From: Fimbriimonadia bacterium
GTDB taxonomy: Bacteria; Armatimonadota; Fimbriimonadia; Fimbriimonadales; JABRVX01
Direction of reading: 5' to 3'
DNA: 64,000 nucleotides
Assembly: GCA_041483895.1 (NCBI GenBank)
Contig: JBGPGO010000005.1
Span: 32,001-96,000 of the forward strand
Below the pieces are notes generated by a model. It worked only from the letters and a program-made list of their open reading frames with translations, was not told the DNA's origin and did no database searches. Below are positions 32,392-41,673 of the stretch, one piece after another; the stretch's first letter is position 1, and each line of letters opens with the position of its first letter. Made by a program: the position numbers and the translations under genes.

Positions 32392-33681
32392 TCACGCCTT
32401 CATCGATGAATATCTTCTTTGATAAGAATTGCGATGCTCGAGCTCGGTGACCAGCTTCAGAGTTTTTCCCGGCGGTGCGCCAAGGCGAACAACGATATCG
32501 CCGGTAGCTTCCATTTCCGCTACGCCGGCGATTGATTTTCCCCCATCATCAATCCGATCCGGTCCGACGCTAAATATGGTCCAGCCAGTTAGGGTAGTCA
32601 AGAGACGCAAGGTGGCTCGCGCCGGGTCAAAGGGATCGACCGGTCGTTCTGCGAGATACTCGGGAATCATTTCTTCCCACGAGATTGGATATCGGTTGTT
32701 GTCCAGAAAGTAGATGCGCGCCGCCACAGCGGCCTGCAATAGCATTGCAAAGGCGCGATTTCGAGTATAGGCAAACCGAAAGCCGTCATACACGAATTCA
32801 GTTCCCGGTGACAACAGCCAATCGATGGCCGACAGCCTGTGCATTGACCCTCTGTGATACGGCTTATGGGCGTCTCGAATCCCTGCGGCGGGAAATGAAA
32901 GTTCTTCATTGCGTATTCCCTGTTTTCCCAGAATTCGACCAACCGCATTCATCAGCATCTTCTTCGGCCGTGATGCCGTAGACCCCACATAGCCGTGCTT
33001 GTTCCTCCAGTCAGGTTTTGAGAATAAATCGTCGAGGGCAGCCATCAGCCATCGTGCCTCCGACTCGTAAACCTCTTGGAGCGTGTCTGACTCGTGAAGC
33101 GTCGATGTTAGGGAATCGAGGAATGTTTGCAATGCCCGTCGGGACAGCATCTCAAATCGATTCCAAATCTCGGTTCTTATGACATGCGATATCGCAAATC
33201 CTACCAGTGCGCCGATTATCATTCCGTCGCGACCGACTTTGGATCCGAACACCAGTGCGTCAGCCAATGAATTTGCGGATCGGTCCTCGTCCAGTGCGAG
33301 ATGATACATGCGTGATTCAAGCAGGAGCAGTTTGTTGAGCGTACGCAGATAAGACTTCGGCTCCATGCCCTCAAATACCTTCGGACTATCATCCGCGCTC
33401 TCAAAAAAGAGTCCTTCCAGCAGCTTGTCGAGAGCGGGACGATTTCTTTCCACAACTATCAACAATTGGTCGGGATCCACAGCCGAGATTGATTCCGCAG
33501 CAAGATCCGCAACCAGATCTTCGTCGACGAGCAATGCCCCAGCTTTACGGAAATAGGCGAAGGCGTTTGGCTCTGGACGCGGTTGTGGGGACAATGTGAC
33601 GCCAGGACGACGCCAGCGCCAACTCACATCATAGAGGATCTCGTAAACGATCCAAATACCGGGGATACAGAGCCAGATCAT
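32392..33681 (-). CDS. Membrane-anchored hypothetical protein with GspG-like C-terminal motif
   Basis: N-terminal TM; PNAF..FRKA; YP.SW.E..P.YL...P.DPF...FSVGPD..DDGG. Start overlaps the chromate transporter stop. Confidence 0.6.
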   Translation of the reverse strand: MIWLCIPGIWIVYEILYDVSWRWRRPGVTLSPQPRPEPNAFAYFRKAGALLVDEDLVADLAAESISAVDPDQLLIVVERNRPALDKLLEGLFFESADDSPKVFEGMEPKSYLRTLNKLLLLESRMYHLALDEDRSANSLADALVFGSKVGRDGMIIGALVGFAISHVIRTEIWNRFEMLSRRALQTFLDSLTSTLHESDTLQEVYESEARWLMAALDDLFSKPDWRNKHGYVGSTASRPKKMLMNAVGRILGKQGIRNEELSFPAAGIRDAHKPYHRGSMHRLSAIDWLLSPGTEFVYDGFRFAYTRNRAFAMLLQAAVAARIYFLDNNRYPISWEEMIPEYLAERPVDPFDPARATLRLLTTLTGWTIFSVGPDRIDDGGKSIAGVAEMEATGDIVVRLGAPPGKTLKLVTELEHRNSYQRRYSSMKA

Positions 33682-34193
33682 AGCGGCAAGGCCAATCCCA
33701 ATAGCCCACAAGCGATGATGACGAGGAGCGGGTTGGGCTTTTTCCAGATCAGAATCAGCGCAACCAGGGCCGCGAGGACGCCGGAGAGGGCGGCGAGGTG
33801 GGTTGTCATCGTCAAGCGAGTGGCGGTGGCCGCGAGGAGGCCGACGGCGGAGGACGAGGCACCCGAAACGGCGGCTTTGAACGCCGGCGCGTCCTTCCAA
33901 CGGGAAAGCTGCCGTTCTAGAATCGCAACCATCGCGACCGGGGCAAAGAACACCCCGATGGTCGCAACCGCCGCCCCGAACAATCCGGCCACGCGATATC
34001 CGATTACCGCGGAGATTATGAGATATGGGCCGGGGGCGGATTGCGAGATGGCGACCGCTTGCGGGAAATCGGCGCGCGTCAGCCAGCCGTGCCGAACCGC
34101 CGCACTCTCCACCATCGGCAGCGCGGACAATCCGCCGCCGAACGCCAAGGCCCCAATCCGCAGGAACTCGCCGAAGAGCTGCAAGAGAATCAC
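33678..34193 (-). CDS. Short-chain chromate transporter (second half)
   Basis: FLRIGALAFGGG, AISQSAPGP; GTG start overlaps the upstream TGA. Confidence 0.85.
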   Translation of the reverse strand: MILLQLFGEFLRIGALAFGGGLSALPMVESAAVRHGWLTRADFPQAVAISQSAPGPYLIISAVIGYRVAGLFGAAVATIGVFFAPVAMVAILERQLSRWKDAPAFKAAVSGASSSAVGLLAATATRLTMTTHLAALSGVLAALVALILIWKKPNPLLVIIACGLLGLALPL

Positions 34194-34735
34194 GGCGACT
34201 TCCTCCGCACAGCCCATCCGATCAATCCGCCCCCAATCACAAGGAACGATGCCTCGAGACGAAACGCAAGGGAGAGCGCACAGCCGACCGCGGCCAAGAA
34301 CCAGGCGAACGGGTCTTTTAGAATCGTCCCGCCCAGCCTCACCACGGCGGCGAAAATCAGCCCGACCGCGCCCACCGCCACGCCGCGCAACGCCTTCGCA
34401 ACCCACGGATTTGCGCCAAATCGCAAAATGCCAATGGTGAGCAAGACCGCGACCATAAAGGAGGGAATGAGATAGGTCGCCGCCATGATCGTACCGCCCA
34501 ACACGCCCCGCAGATGGTATCCGGTGCTGAACAGGAGCTGCGGGCTGGTGCTGCCGGGGAGCGCGCGGCTGATCGTCAGGCTCTGGAGCAGGCCTTCCTT
34601 GGTAGTTACCTTTCGCCGATCGACCAGCTCGTGTTCTAGCAGCAATATGGCCGTCGCCGGACCGCCATACGCGACGAGGCCGATACGCAGGGAGATGGCG
34701 GCGAGTGCAGCTAGTGAGGGGCGATCTTCGGACAC
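34190..34735 (-). CDS. Short-chain chromate transporter (first half)
   Basis: LRIGLVAYGGP, SRALPG, GYHLRG..G, YLIPS. Start approximate. Confidence 0.82.
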   Translation of the reverse strand: MSEDRPSLAALAAISLRIGLVAYGGPATAILLLEHELVDRRKVTTKEGLLQSLTISRALPGSTSPQLLFSTGYHLRGVLGGTIMAATYLIPSFMVAVLLTIGILRFGANPWVAKALRGVAVGAVGLIFAAVVRLGGTILKDPFAWFLAAVGCALSLAFRLEASFLVIGGGLIGWAVRRKSP

Positions 34736-34743
34736 GGGCAATC

Positions 34744-35466
34744 TTACCTGCCCTCCAAGAATGTCACGGCGGCGCGATACCCGGCCTCGGCAATCGCCTC
34801 TCCGTCCGAGAACGAATTGGGCGAATAGCGCGATAGGTCCGGTTCCAGCATCAGGTCGCCCAGATCTTGGTAGCGGGCGAAGGGCACGAATCTGCGCAAA
34901 GTCTGCACCTCGTCGCCCCGAAGGGCCCCTTTCAGGAATCCCAGTTCCACAGAAACGATGGGCAGGTTGAAGCGGCGAAGCGGCGCGGCAGGCAGGTTGT
35001 CGGAAACGCCGCCATCCAGATATTTCTGTCCATTGATCCGGACGCCGCCAAACACGGGCGGCAGTGCGCTGCTGGCGGCGATCACCTGCCACATCGGCAG
35101 CTCCGGGTCCTCCATGTATAAGGGATAGCGAACGTCGTTGGCCGGCGCGACGCAGACGATGAACGGAATGCGGCAGTCTCCCATTCTCGCATCGCCAAAC
35201 AGTTTTCTCAGCCGCCGGACCAGGTAGCCGCCGCGGGTGAACACAGCAAAGAAGAAGTGGACGGTTCTCGCGTCGAGCAGCGGATCGAGGTCCATACCAA
35301 GCGCGTAGGCCCCACCGATAATGGCGCCCATGCTGCTGCCGGATATCGCGACGGGCGTCAGTCCGCGCTCCGAAAACGCCCGAAGAACACCAACGTGCGC
35401 CAGCCCCAACGCCCCGCCGCCGCCGAGGGCGAGGGTGAATCGGCAATCTTCGACAGGGTTTGGCAT
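34744..35466 (-). CDS. Patatin-like phospholipase
   Basis: LGGGGALG, GSSMG (GxSxG), DGG. Confidence 0.9.
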   Translation of the reverse strand: MPNPVEDCRFTLALGGGGALGLAHVGVLRAFSERGLTPVAISGSSMGAIIGGAYALGMDLDPLLDARTVHFFFAVFTRGGYLVRRLRKLFGDARMGDCRIPFIVCVAPANDVRYPLYMEDPELPMWQVIAASSALPPVFGGVRINGQKYLDGGVSDNLPAAPLRRFNLPIVSVELGFLKGALRGDEVQTLRRFVPFARYQDLGDLMLEPDLSRYSPNSFSDGEAIAEAGYRAAVTFLEGR

Positions 35467-35485
35467 AGCAGGTAGAATACTTCCA

Positions 35486-36682
35486 ATGCCAGGCCTTGGA
35501 CCAGAACGATTGAAAGATCGAAGTCCTTTCTATCCGGATCGGCCGGTACCACCCGAGGCGTTCATCGGCCGGGCCGCCGAGTTGGAACGCATGCTGCGGG
35601 CCGGTAGGCAGGTTTCATCCGGAAAGCCGCAAGCGGTTTTTGTTCGCGGAGAATATGGCGCCGGGAAGACGTCGCTCGCCCGCGCAATGCGGCAGCGATT
35701 CTTGATAGAACCGCGACTGGCGACCGTCTATGTTCCACTCGCCACCGCCCAAGAAATAGACGAGATTGGCGGACTTGTCGCGCGGGCGTTTCTAGAAGAG
35801 CAGTGGGCAGAACCGCGATTTGGCGAGAGGCTGCGCAACCTGTTTGCCAATTATGTAGGTGACCAGACCCTCCTCGGCATGTTCACGTTGCATTTGGACA
35901 AGTTGAGGGCCGATGGACCGACACTGACTCGGGGCATGCTTCCATTCCTAGTCGAGATAAACGCCCGTGGGCGGGATGCGGGCTATAAGGGCCTGATGGT
36001 CATCCTGGATGAAATCAATGGTTTGGCCGATACTCCAGAATTTGCCCGCCTAATCAAGGGGCTGTATGATGCGAATGCCATGCGGGAGGAGCCAATTCCT
36101 TTGCTCCTGGTGTTGTGCGGCACTCGAGAGCGTTGGGATGAATTGGTGCGCCATCATCCGTCGATCGACCGCATATTCGAAATCGTGGACGTTTCCCTCT
36201 TATCTGAGGAGGAGTGTCGCAAATTTTATACCGAGCGGTTTCGACATGTGGGGATGTCAATTGATGCTGATGCATCGGCCACATTCTGGGAAGCATCGCT
36301 TGGCCTGCCAAAATTAATGCACGTGCTAGGCGACGCTGCCTTTTGGATCGATACAGATGGTTGCATCGATTCCCACGATGCCATAGATAGTATTAAAGAC
36401 GCGACGATAACGATCGGTCGCAAGTTGGTCAAGCCACTGTCTGATACCATTCATGACAAGCAATACAGGACCCTCTTGGGGAGGATTCGAGCCGCCAATC
36501 GCAATGATTTCAAAGTCGATACGCTGGCCACCGGACCGGCCGATAAGAAGCTTGCGCAGTCGTTCCTGTCCTCCATGCGGGACCTTGATGCCGCAGAACA
36601 GTTGGACGGAGGATTCTGGCGACTGAGCGACACCCTCGTGTACGCATACATTCGAATGCTTTCGCGGGAGGATAGTAATTGA
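35486..36682 (+). CDS. P-loop ATPase (archaeal ATPase/STAND-like AAA)
   Basis: SPF.P..PV...FIGR..EL, Walker A GEYGAGKTS, Walker B VILDE, GLP motif. Confidence 0.8.
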   Translation: MPGLGPERLKDRSPFYPDRPVPPEAFIGRAAELERMLRAGRQVSSGKPQAVFVRGEYGAGKTSLARAMRQRFLIEPRLATVYVPLATAQEIDEIGGLVARAFLEEQWAEPRFGERLRNLFANYVGDQTLLGMFTLHLDKLRADGPTLTRGMLPFLVEINARGRDAGYKGLMVILDEINGLADTPEFARLIKGLYDANAMREEPIPLLLVLCGTRERWDELVRHHPSIDRIFEIVDVSLLSEEECRKFYTERFRHVGMSIDADASATFWEASLGLPKLMHVLGDAAFWIDTDGCIDSHDAIDSIKDATITIGRKLVKPLSDTIHDKQYRTLLGRIRAANRNDFKVDTLATGPADKKLAQSFLSSMRDLDAAEQLDGGFWRLSDTLVYAYIRMLSREDSN

Positions 36683-38118
36683 AGGACCTCGCGCAACTGG
36701 CCCTCGATACCGCAACGTCGTATGGCGCCGAGTTTGCCGATGTTCGGGTCAATCGGTATCGCCGCCAACTGATCCAGACGGAGAATGAGCGGGTTGCGCG
36801 GCTGAACGACAGCGAGGACATCGGGGTCGGGGTGCGAGTGCTGGCGAACGGAGCGTGGGGCTTTGCCGGGACCAGCCGGCTGGACAGAGATTCCGTGATG
36901 CGCGCAGCCGCGGAGTCGGTGGCAATCGCGAAGGCGAGCGCAACCACCCTTCGCAAACCGGTCCGCCTATTGCCAGAGCCCGCCCATGTGGTCAACTTCC
37001 GCACACCCTATAAAATCGATCCGTTCGATGTGCCGGTGGCGGAAAAAATCGGTCTGCTGATGGAAGTCAACGAGCGGCTGCTGCGCAACAAGGGGGTTGC
37101 GAAGGCAGAGGGCCTGATGACGTTCCGCAAAGAGGAACGCCTATACCTGAACAGCGATGGGTCGGATTTGTCGTCCGAGGTGATGACCGTCGGACATGAA
37201 TACCGGGCGACCGCGGTAGGAGATGGCGACGCACGTTCACGCGGATACCTACCGCCGCCACTTACCACCGGCTACGAGCACGTCGATCGCGAGAAGATGC
37301 TGGGGGAGGCGGACCGGGTGGCCGAGGAGGCGGTCGGGCACCTGCATGCCGAGACATGCCCTGAGGGCGAGTTTGACCTCATTTTGGACCCGCACAACCT
37401 GCACTTAACCATTCACGAATCGGTTGGGCATGCGACGGAATTGGACCGGGCGCTGGGACATGAGGAGTCGCTGGCCGGACGGTCCTTCGCCACACCCGAC
37501 AAGTTGAATAATCTTCAATACGGCTCGCCGATTGTGAATTTGGTCGCCGACAACACGTTGGCGAACGGCCTCGCCACCAACGGCTTCGACGACGACGGCG
37601 TGCCGAACCAGACCTGGCACATTGTGCAGGACGGCATGTTCCGCGGCTATTCGACCAGCCGCGAGGTGGGCGGCCAGATAGGGTTGGAACGCAGCGTCGG
37701 CGGATGCCGCGCGGATCATTGGGGCAGCATCCCGATCGTGCGCATCCCCAATCTGTCGCTCATGCCGGGCCAGTCGCCGCTTTCGCCCGAGGAGCTGATC
37801 GCCGACACGAAGGACGGCATCTACATCGAGGGGCGGGGCAGTTTCAGCATAGACCAGATGCGGTGCAATTTCCAGTTTGGCGGGGACGCGTTTTGGCGGA
37901 TTAAAGATGGCAGGAAGGTCGGGATGCTGAAGAATGTTACCTATCAGGCGAACACCACAGACTTTTGGAACGCATGCGACGCGATTTGCGATCACCGGTT
38001 TTGGGTGCAGAACGGAACGCTGAACTGCGGCAAAGGCGACCCGTCGCAGATCAACCAGATGTCGCATGGCGCGGCGACGGCGCGATTTCGAAAGATCCGA
38101 ATCCGCCCGGCACGGTGA
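36679..38118 (+). CDS. tldD: TldD/PmbA family metalloprotease (TldD-type)
   Basis: GVGVRVL..GAWGFA, HESVGH..E.D, DDDGV, CGKG.P.Q. Confidence 0.9.
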   Translation: MKDLAQLALDTATSYGAEFADVRVNRYRRQLIQTENERVARLNDSEDIGVGVRVLANGAWGFAGTSRLDRDSVMRAAAESVAIAKASATTLRKPVRLLPEPAHVVNFRTPYKIDPFDVPVAEKIGLLMEVNERLLRNKGVAKAEGLMTFRKEERLYLNSDGSDLSSEVMTVGHEYRATAVGDGDARSRGYLPPPLTTGYEHVDREKMLGEADRVAEEAVGHLHAETCPEGEFDLILDPHNLHLTIHESVGHATELDRALGHEESLAGRSFATPDKLNNLQYGSPIVNLVADNTLANGLATNGFDDDGVPNQTWHIVQDGMFRGYSTSREVGGQIGLERSVGGCRADHWGSIPIVRIPNLSLMPGQSPLSPEELIADTKDGIYIEGRGSFSIDQMRCNFQFGGDAFWRIKDGRKVGMLKNVTYQANTTDFWNACDAICDHRFWVQNGTLNCGKGDPSQINQMSHGAATARFRKIRIRPAR

Positions 38119-38166
38119 TACGACCCCGCGATCTGAGTTCGCGCAGCTACGGTTTCTCCATTTTTT

Positions 38167-38249
38167 CCCTTCACAATGGGGATTGTGATGGCAAAATCAA
38201 CTCAAAACGTCTTCTTGGAATCGGCGATCCCGATGGAATCGGGATCGCC
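38167..38249. repeat. Degenerate family D hairpin plus a second perfect hairpin
   Basis: cccttcacaatggggattgtga (38167-38188); ggcgatcccgat-gga-atcgggatcgcc (38223-38249). Confidence 0.6.
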
Positions 38250-38431
38250 TCACTCCCTGCAAAACCGAGGGTGGTTCCCGGTTTCCCGATTATCACCTCG
38301 GAAAAGTTTCGTCAAATTTGACATAGCTTTTTATGCAATCCTGTGGCCACAGTTGGGGGATATTGTACCAGGAGATATAGACGATTGTCTACTCTTTGGG
38401 ACTTTTGGGCCACGGGCACTTTCAACTCACG

Positions 38432-39484
38432 TCATTGACAGTCTGGCGCAAGGATCATACGAAGACCAATCTGCAAGGAAATGTGCCCGGAGAAGCTGTC
38501 GTGCGGAAGGGATCGCGCTTCATCGGCACTACAGCGGACTTCTCGAATACGAACTGCAGGGTCGTCTGGATCATACGTTGTTCGAAAGCCAATTGAAGTG
38601 TCCACGGAATCGACACGTCCGAAATCCGGTAATCGCCAGAGTTCGCGCTCAACGCCCCAGTTGGGGCTGCGCCAGATGATCGGCCATCCGTCGTCGAGTA
38701 GACCAACGTCGCTGAAACGCTCAATATCGACTGCTTCTTCAGGGGTCATTAGCTGTAGCTGTTCGACTGGCGGCGGCGCATCCACTGCCGGCGCAAAAAA
38801 GAATCCAGCCAAAATCCCCTTGAGGTTGACTCGAGCAATGATCCCGACGGCGAATCCATCGCCCTTGTCGAAAGGCACTAGTATCCAGTCCCCTTCCAAA
38901 TAACACTTACGATCTCGCCGCACAACGGCAGTCGGTCTGACAAGCCGCCGCTGTGGTGAAAGAGGCAAGAGCTCTTGCAGCTGTTCCAGCCATCTCGTGC
39001 GATCGGTCTCGAATAGCGGATGGAGGACAGTGCCATCAGGCCGATTCCAAGCCGTGATCAGACCTTCGATCGTCCAAACTGTCTCTAGCATTGGGAAAAC
39101 ATGCCTGTTCAGAAGTTTGACCTCGTCACTCGCGGTTGCTTCCGCCTCGGCTTCGCTCTGAATTTCCCATGTTAGAGATGTCGGCTCCGGTAGGAACTCT
39201 TCAATTCGACGTTGAACGTGGCATCGCATCGCCGATGGCGGAAAGTCCGGCCATCCCCTCAGGCGATTGAGAGGAATATAGCAAACTCCTATGACTACAC
39301 TAATGATTACGCGATCTCTATTATTGATTAAGCGATCTCTTGCTGAAACATATTCTCGCTTCTGGCTGATATAGTGGACCATCTCGCGGGTCTGTCGCCT
39401 CAGACTCGTGCCGACTTTGCGGTAACCCATTTCATCGCCGATAGAGAGCAAGTGATCAAGTAAATTATCGATGTATCGCTTCAT
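38432..39484 (-). CDS. Putative immunity protein: C-terminal Imm26-like domain fused to an unknown N-terminal domain
   Basis: EGDWILVP...GFAVGIIAR...GFFF.P...FSD.GL....WPII pattern; lies downstream of the toxin fragment. Confidence 0.7.
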   Translation of the reverse strand: MKRYIDNLLDHLLSIGDEMGYRKVGTSLRRQTREMVHYISQKREYVSARDRLINNRDRVIISVVIGVCYIPLNRLRGWPDFPPSAMRCHVQRRIEEFLPEPTSLTWEIQSEAEAEATASDEVKLLNRHVFPMLETVWTIEGLITAWNRPDGTVLHPLFETDRTRWLEQLQELLPLSPQRRLVRPTAVVRRDRKCYLEGDWILVPFDKGDGFAVGIIARVNLKGILAGFFFAPAVDAPPPVEQLQLMTPEEAVDIERFSDVGLLDDGWPIIWRSPNWGVERELWRLPDFGRVDSVDTSIGFRTTYDPDDPAVRIREVRCSADEARSLPHDSFSGHISLQIGLRMILAPDCQ

Positions 39485-39612
39485 GATTGTGGACCATCCG
39501 TTTCATTGGCAAAAGGAGTATGCTCTCCATAAGCTTAATGGTAGCATTGGCTACTGCCACCGACCAAATATCTGCCGAACAATACTCGCTATTGTTGCGA
39601 GAACCGGACCCA

Positions 39613-40107
39613 TCATAGTTTTCGACCCGCCCGCATAAACCTACCGCGCATCGGGTTTAGCGGAGATATGGGATCAATCTTGTTCAGTGGCGGTCGATAC
39701 ATCTCGTGAATGATCTGCTCGCGACCTCGCATTGCATTGTAGCTTGTTGTTTCCCTGTCAATTTCGAATTCGAGTCCTGGGAACTCGCGCCTGTGTTCCG
39801 CTTCACGACGGATGAAATTCCTGGTTCTACCAGTCCTCATGACCTGGCCGGTTACCTTGTCAACCAGCTTGTAGGTACCGGAATTGATTAGACGAGATGC
39901 AGAGCCAATGCTCCTGCCTTCTGCATTCGCGAGGCCGAGTACATCCTCAGCCGCTCCGGCTACGCTGACGCCTCCGCGAGCAAGACCCGCAACAGAACCG
40001 ATCGAGCTGATGGCGATGAACGCGCCTCCACCGGCTCCCTCGGCGATTGCTCGACGGACCCGCGGCTGCAGGGATTGCGTTTTTCCAATGCCGGCTAGAA
40101 GCCAGCG
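39613..40107 (-). pseudogene. Orphan polymorphic-toxin C-terminal fragment (GIY-YIG-like nuclease)
   Basis: Open frame with no ATG/GTG/TTG before 39840: a Gly/Ala-rich linker, then GTYKLVDKVTGQVMRTGRTRNFIRREAEH...RGREQIIH...PPLNKIDPIS. Confidence 0.65.
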
Positions 40108-40111
40108 TTAC
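40088..40111. repeat. Repeat family E copy
   Basis: atgccggctagaagccagcgttac vs atgccggcaggatgccagcgttac at 22543-22566. Confidence 0.75.
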
Positions 40112-40134
40112 AGAATCGGTATAATTTCTGTATC

Positions 40135-41673
40135 GTGAAACGCAATGCGTTTTTCGGGCTCCTCCTTCTCGCCCTTCTTCTCGCCGGCGGGTATCTCACG
40201 TTGCACCCAAGTCCCGCGCAGGACCGGCCGTTCGAGATCAGCTTCTGGTATTGGCAACACTGGTACTCGAGAACCACGGTTGAAGATCAATCGCTACGCA
40301 GTCTCGGCGTGAAGCAGCTCTTCGTTTTGGGCGGCTCGTTTCACTGGACCGGTTATCAGCTCAACCTGTTCCAGGAACAAGAGTGGAATGATCCAATGGT
40401 CGGCCCAAAGGTCCAATTGGTGTTCAATATCGTGGGTCTCGCGCGAGACTATGCGCGCATCGGCAACGACGAGCTTGCGAAAACGATCATTTCCGGCATC
40501 CGCCGCGGGCTTGGGAGTGCCGCGAAAGGAAAGCAGGATGTTCGCGGGGTTCAGATCGATTTCGATTGCCCGACCGCGCGATTGGACAAGTATGCCAAGC
40601 TGCTGCACCAGATTCGGGCCGGCCTACCCAAAAAACTGGCATTTTCGATCACGGCCCTGCCGACCTGGTTCACGGGCGATGCCGCGCTGACCGTCGCGAG
40701 AGAGGTTGATTTCGTCGTGCCGCAGTACTACGAAAATCAGATTCCCGAGTCGCTGGACAAGATGCGTCCCATCGCCAATCTCAAGATTCTGGAAAACGGC
40801 CTGCGCCGCATGGGCGAATTGGGCATCCCGTTTTATGCCGGCATTCCTTCCTACGGCCGCGCCTATGTATTCAATGAAAATGGCCGATTGGAAGGCGTTA
40901 CTGGTGATTTCAGCGCGGAATATCTGCTGCAAAATGGTCAATTGCGATTCGTCAAACGGTATGGCGGCGGAGCCAGCGCGAAACCGGCGCCGGCAGCAGA
41001 CTACATTGGCGAAGATTTTTATGTTTTCGAAACGCGATCCAGCCCGAAGCAGACCGTTGTCTACGACTATCCGACGCCCACGCTGGCTGCAATGAATTTG
41101 AAGATTGTCAAAGACAAACGGCCGCCAAACTGCATGGGGGTCATCTTCTTTCGCTATCCGGAATCAACAGAATTGTCAACCATCAGCTTGCAATCGCTGG
41201 AGGCGGCAATCAATGGCGAACATCCCGCGCCAGAGCTGGAAATCAAGCGGGAAAGCCTGAAAGCAAGTCCCTGGGCGGCCATTGACGGAACGCAGAGGCT
41301 AGACCGTCTCCCCGTCGAGTTCAGTTTCCAGGTCAAGAATGTTGGAACGGCGAGCACCTCGGTCGGAAAGGATGCCGTCGAAGTAATCTTGACCTTCGAT
41401 CGGCCTGGAATTGACGAGGCGGAGCGCGGCGATTTTGATGAGGTCCAGACATTCTTTGGCAATCTCGATACGCCGTGCAGTCCGGAGCGGGCCAACATCA
41501 TTCGGTACCGCAAATACTATATGGAGCCTGCTGATTGGGGACATGTGGCGACCGTGTCCATTGCGCCCAATGGCGCCACAGAATGCAGAGTAACCTGGTC
41601 CGCGCTGGGACCGGGCGGATATGAGCGAGTGAAGTCCAAGGAACCTACCGTCATCGATCTGGAGAGGAAATGA
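40135..41673 (+). CDS. DUF3142 domain protein (GH18-like TIM barrel)
   Basis: GVQIDFDCPTARL..Y, SITALPTW, GVIFFR; N-terminal TM or signal peptide. Confidence 0.8.
   Translation: MKRNAFFGLLLLALLLAGGYLTLHPSPAQDRPFEISFWYWQHWYSRTTVEDQSLRSLGVKQLFVLGGSFHWTGYQLNLFQEQEWNDPMVGPKVQLVFNIVGLARDYARIGNDELAKTIISGIRRGLGSAAKGKQDVRGVQIDFDCPTARLDKYAKLLHQIRAGLPKKLAFSITALPTWFTGDAALTVAREVDFVVPQYYENQIPESLDKMRPIANLKILENGLRRMGELGIPFYAGIPSYGRAYVFNENGRLEGVTGDFSAEYLLQNGQLRFVKRYGGGASAKPAPAADYIGEDFYVFETRSSPKQTVVYDYPTPTLAAMNLKIVKDKRPPNCMGVIFFRYPESTELSTISLQSLEAAINGEHPAPELEIKRESLKASPWAAIDGTQRLDRLPVEFSFQVKNVGTASTSVGKDAVEVILTFDRPGIDEAERGDFDEVQTFFGNLDTPCSPERANIIRYRKYYMEPADWGHVATVSIAPNGATECRVTWSALGPGGYERVKSKEPTVIDLERK

Noticed and set aside
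34190..35446. 418-aa ORF as a single fused protein
   Set aside because: The N-terminal part is an alternative frame of the patatin gene; only about 34190-34735 is chromate transporter.
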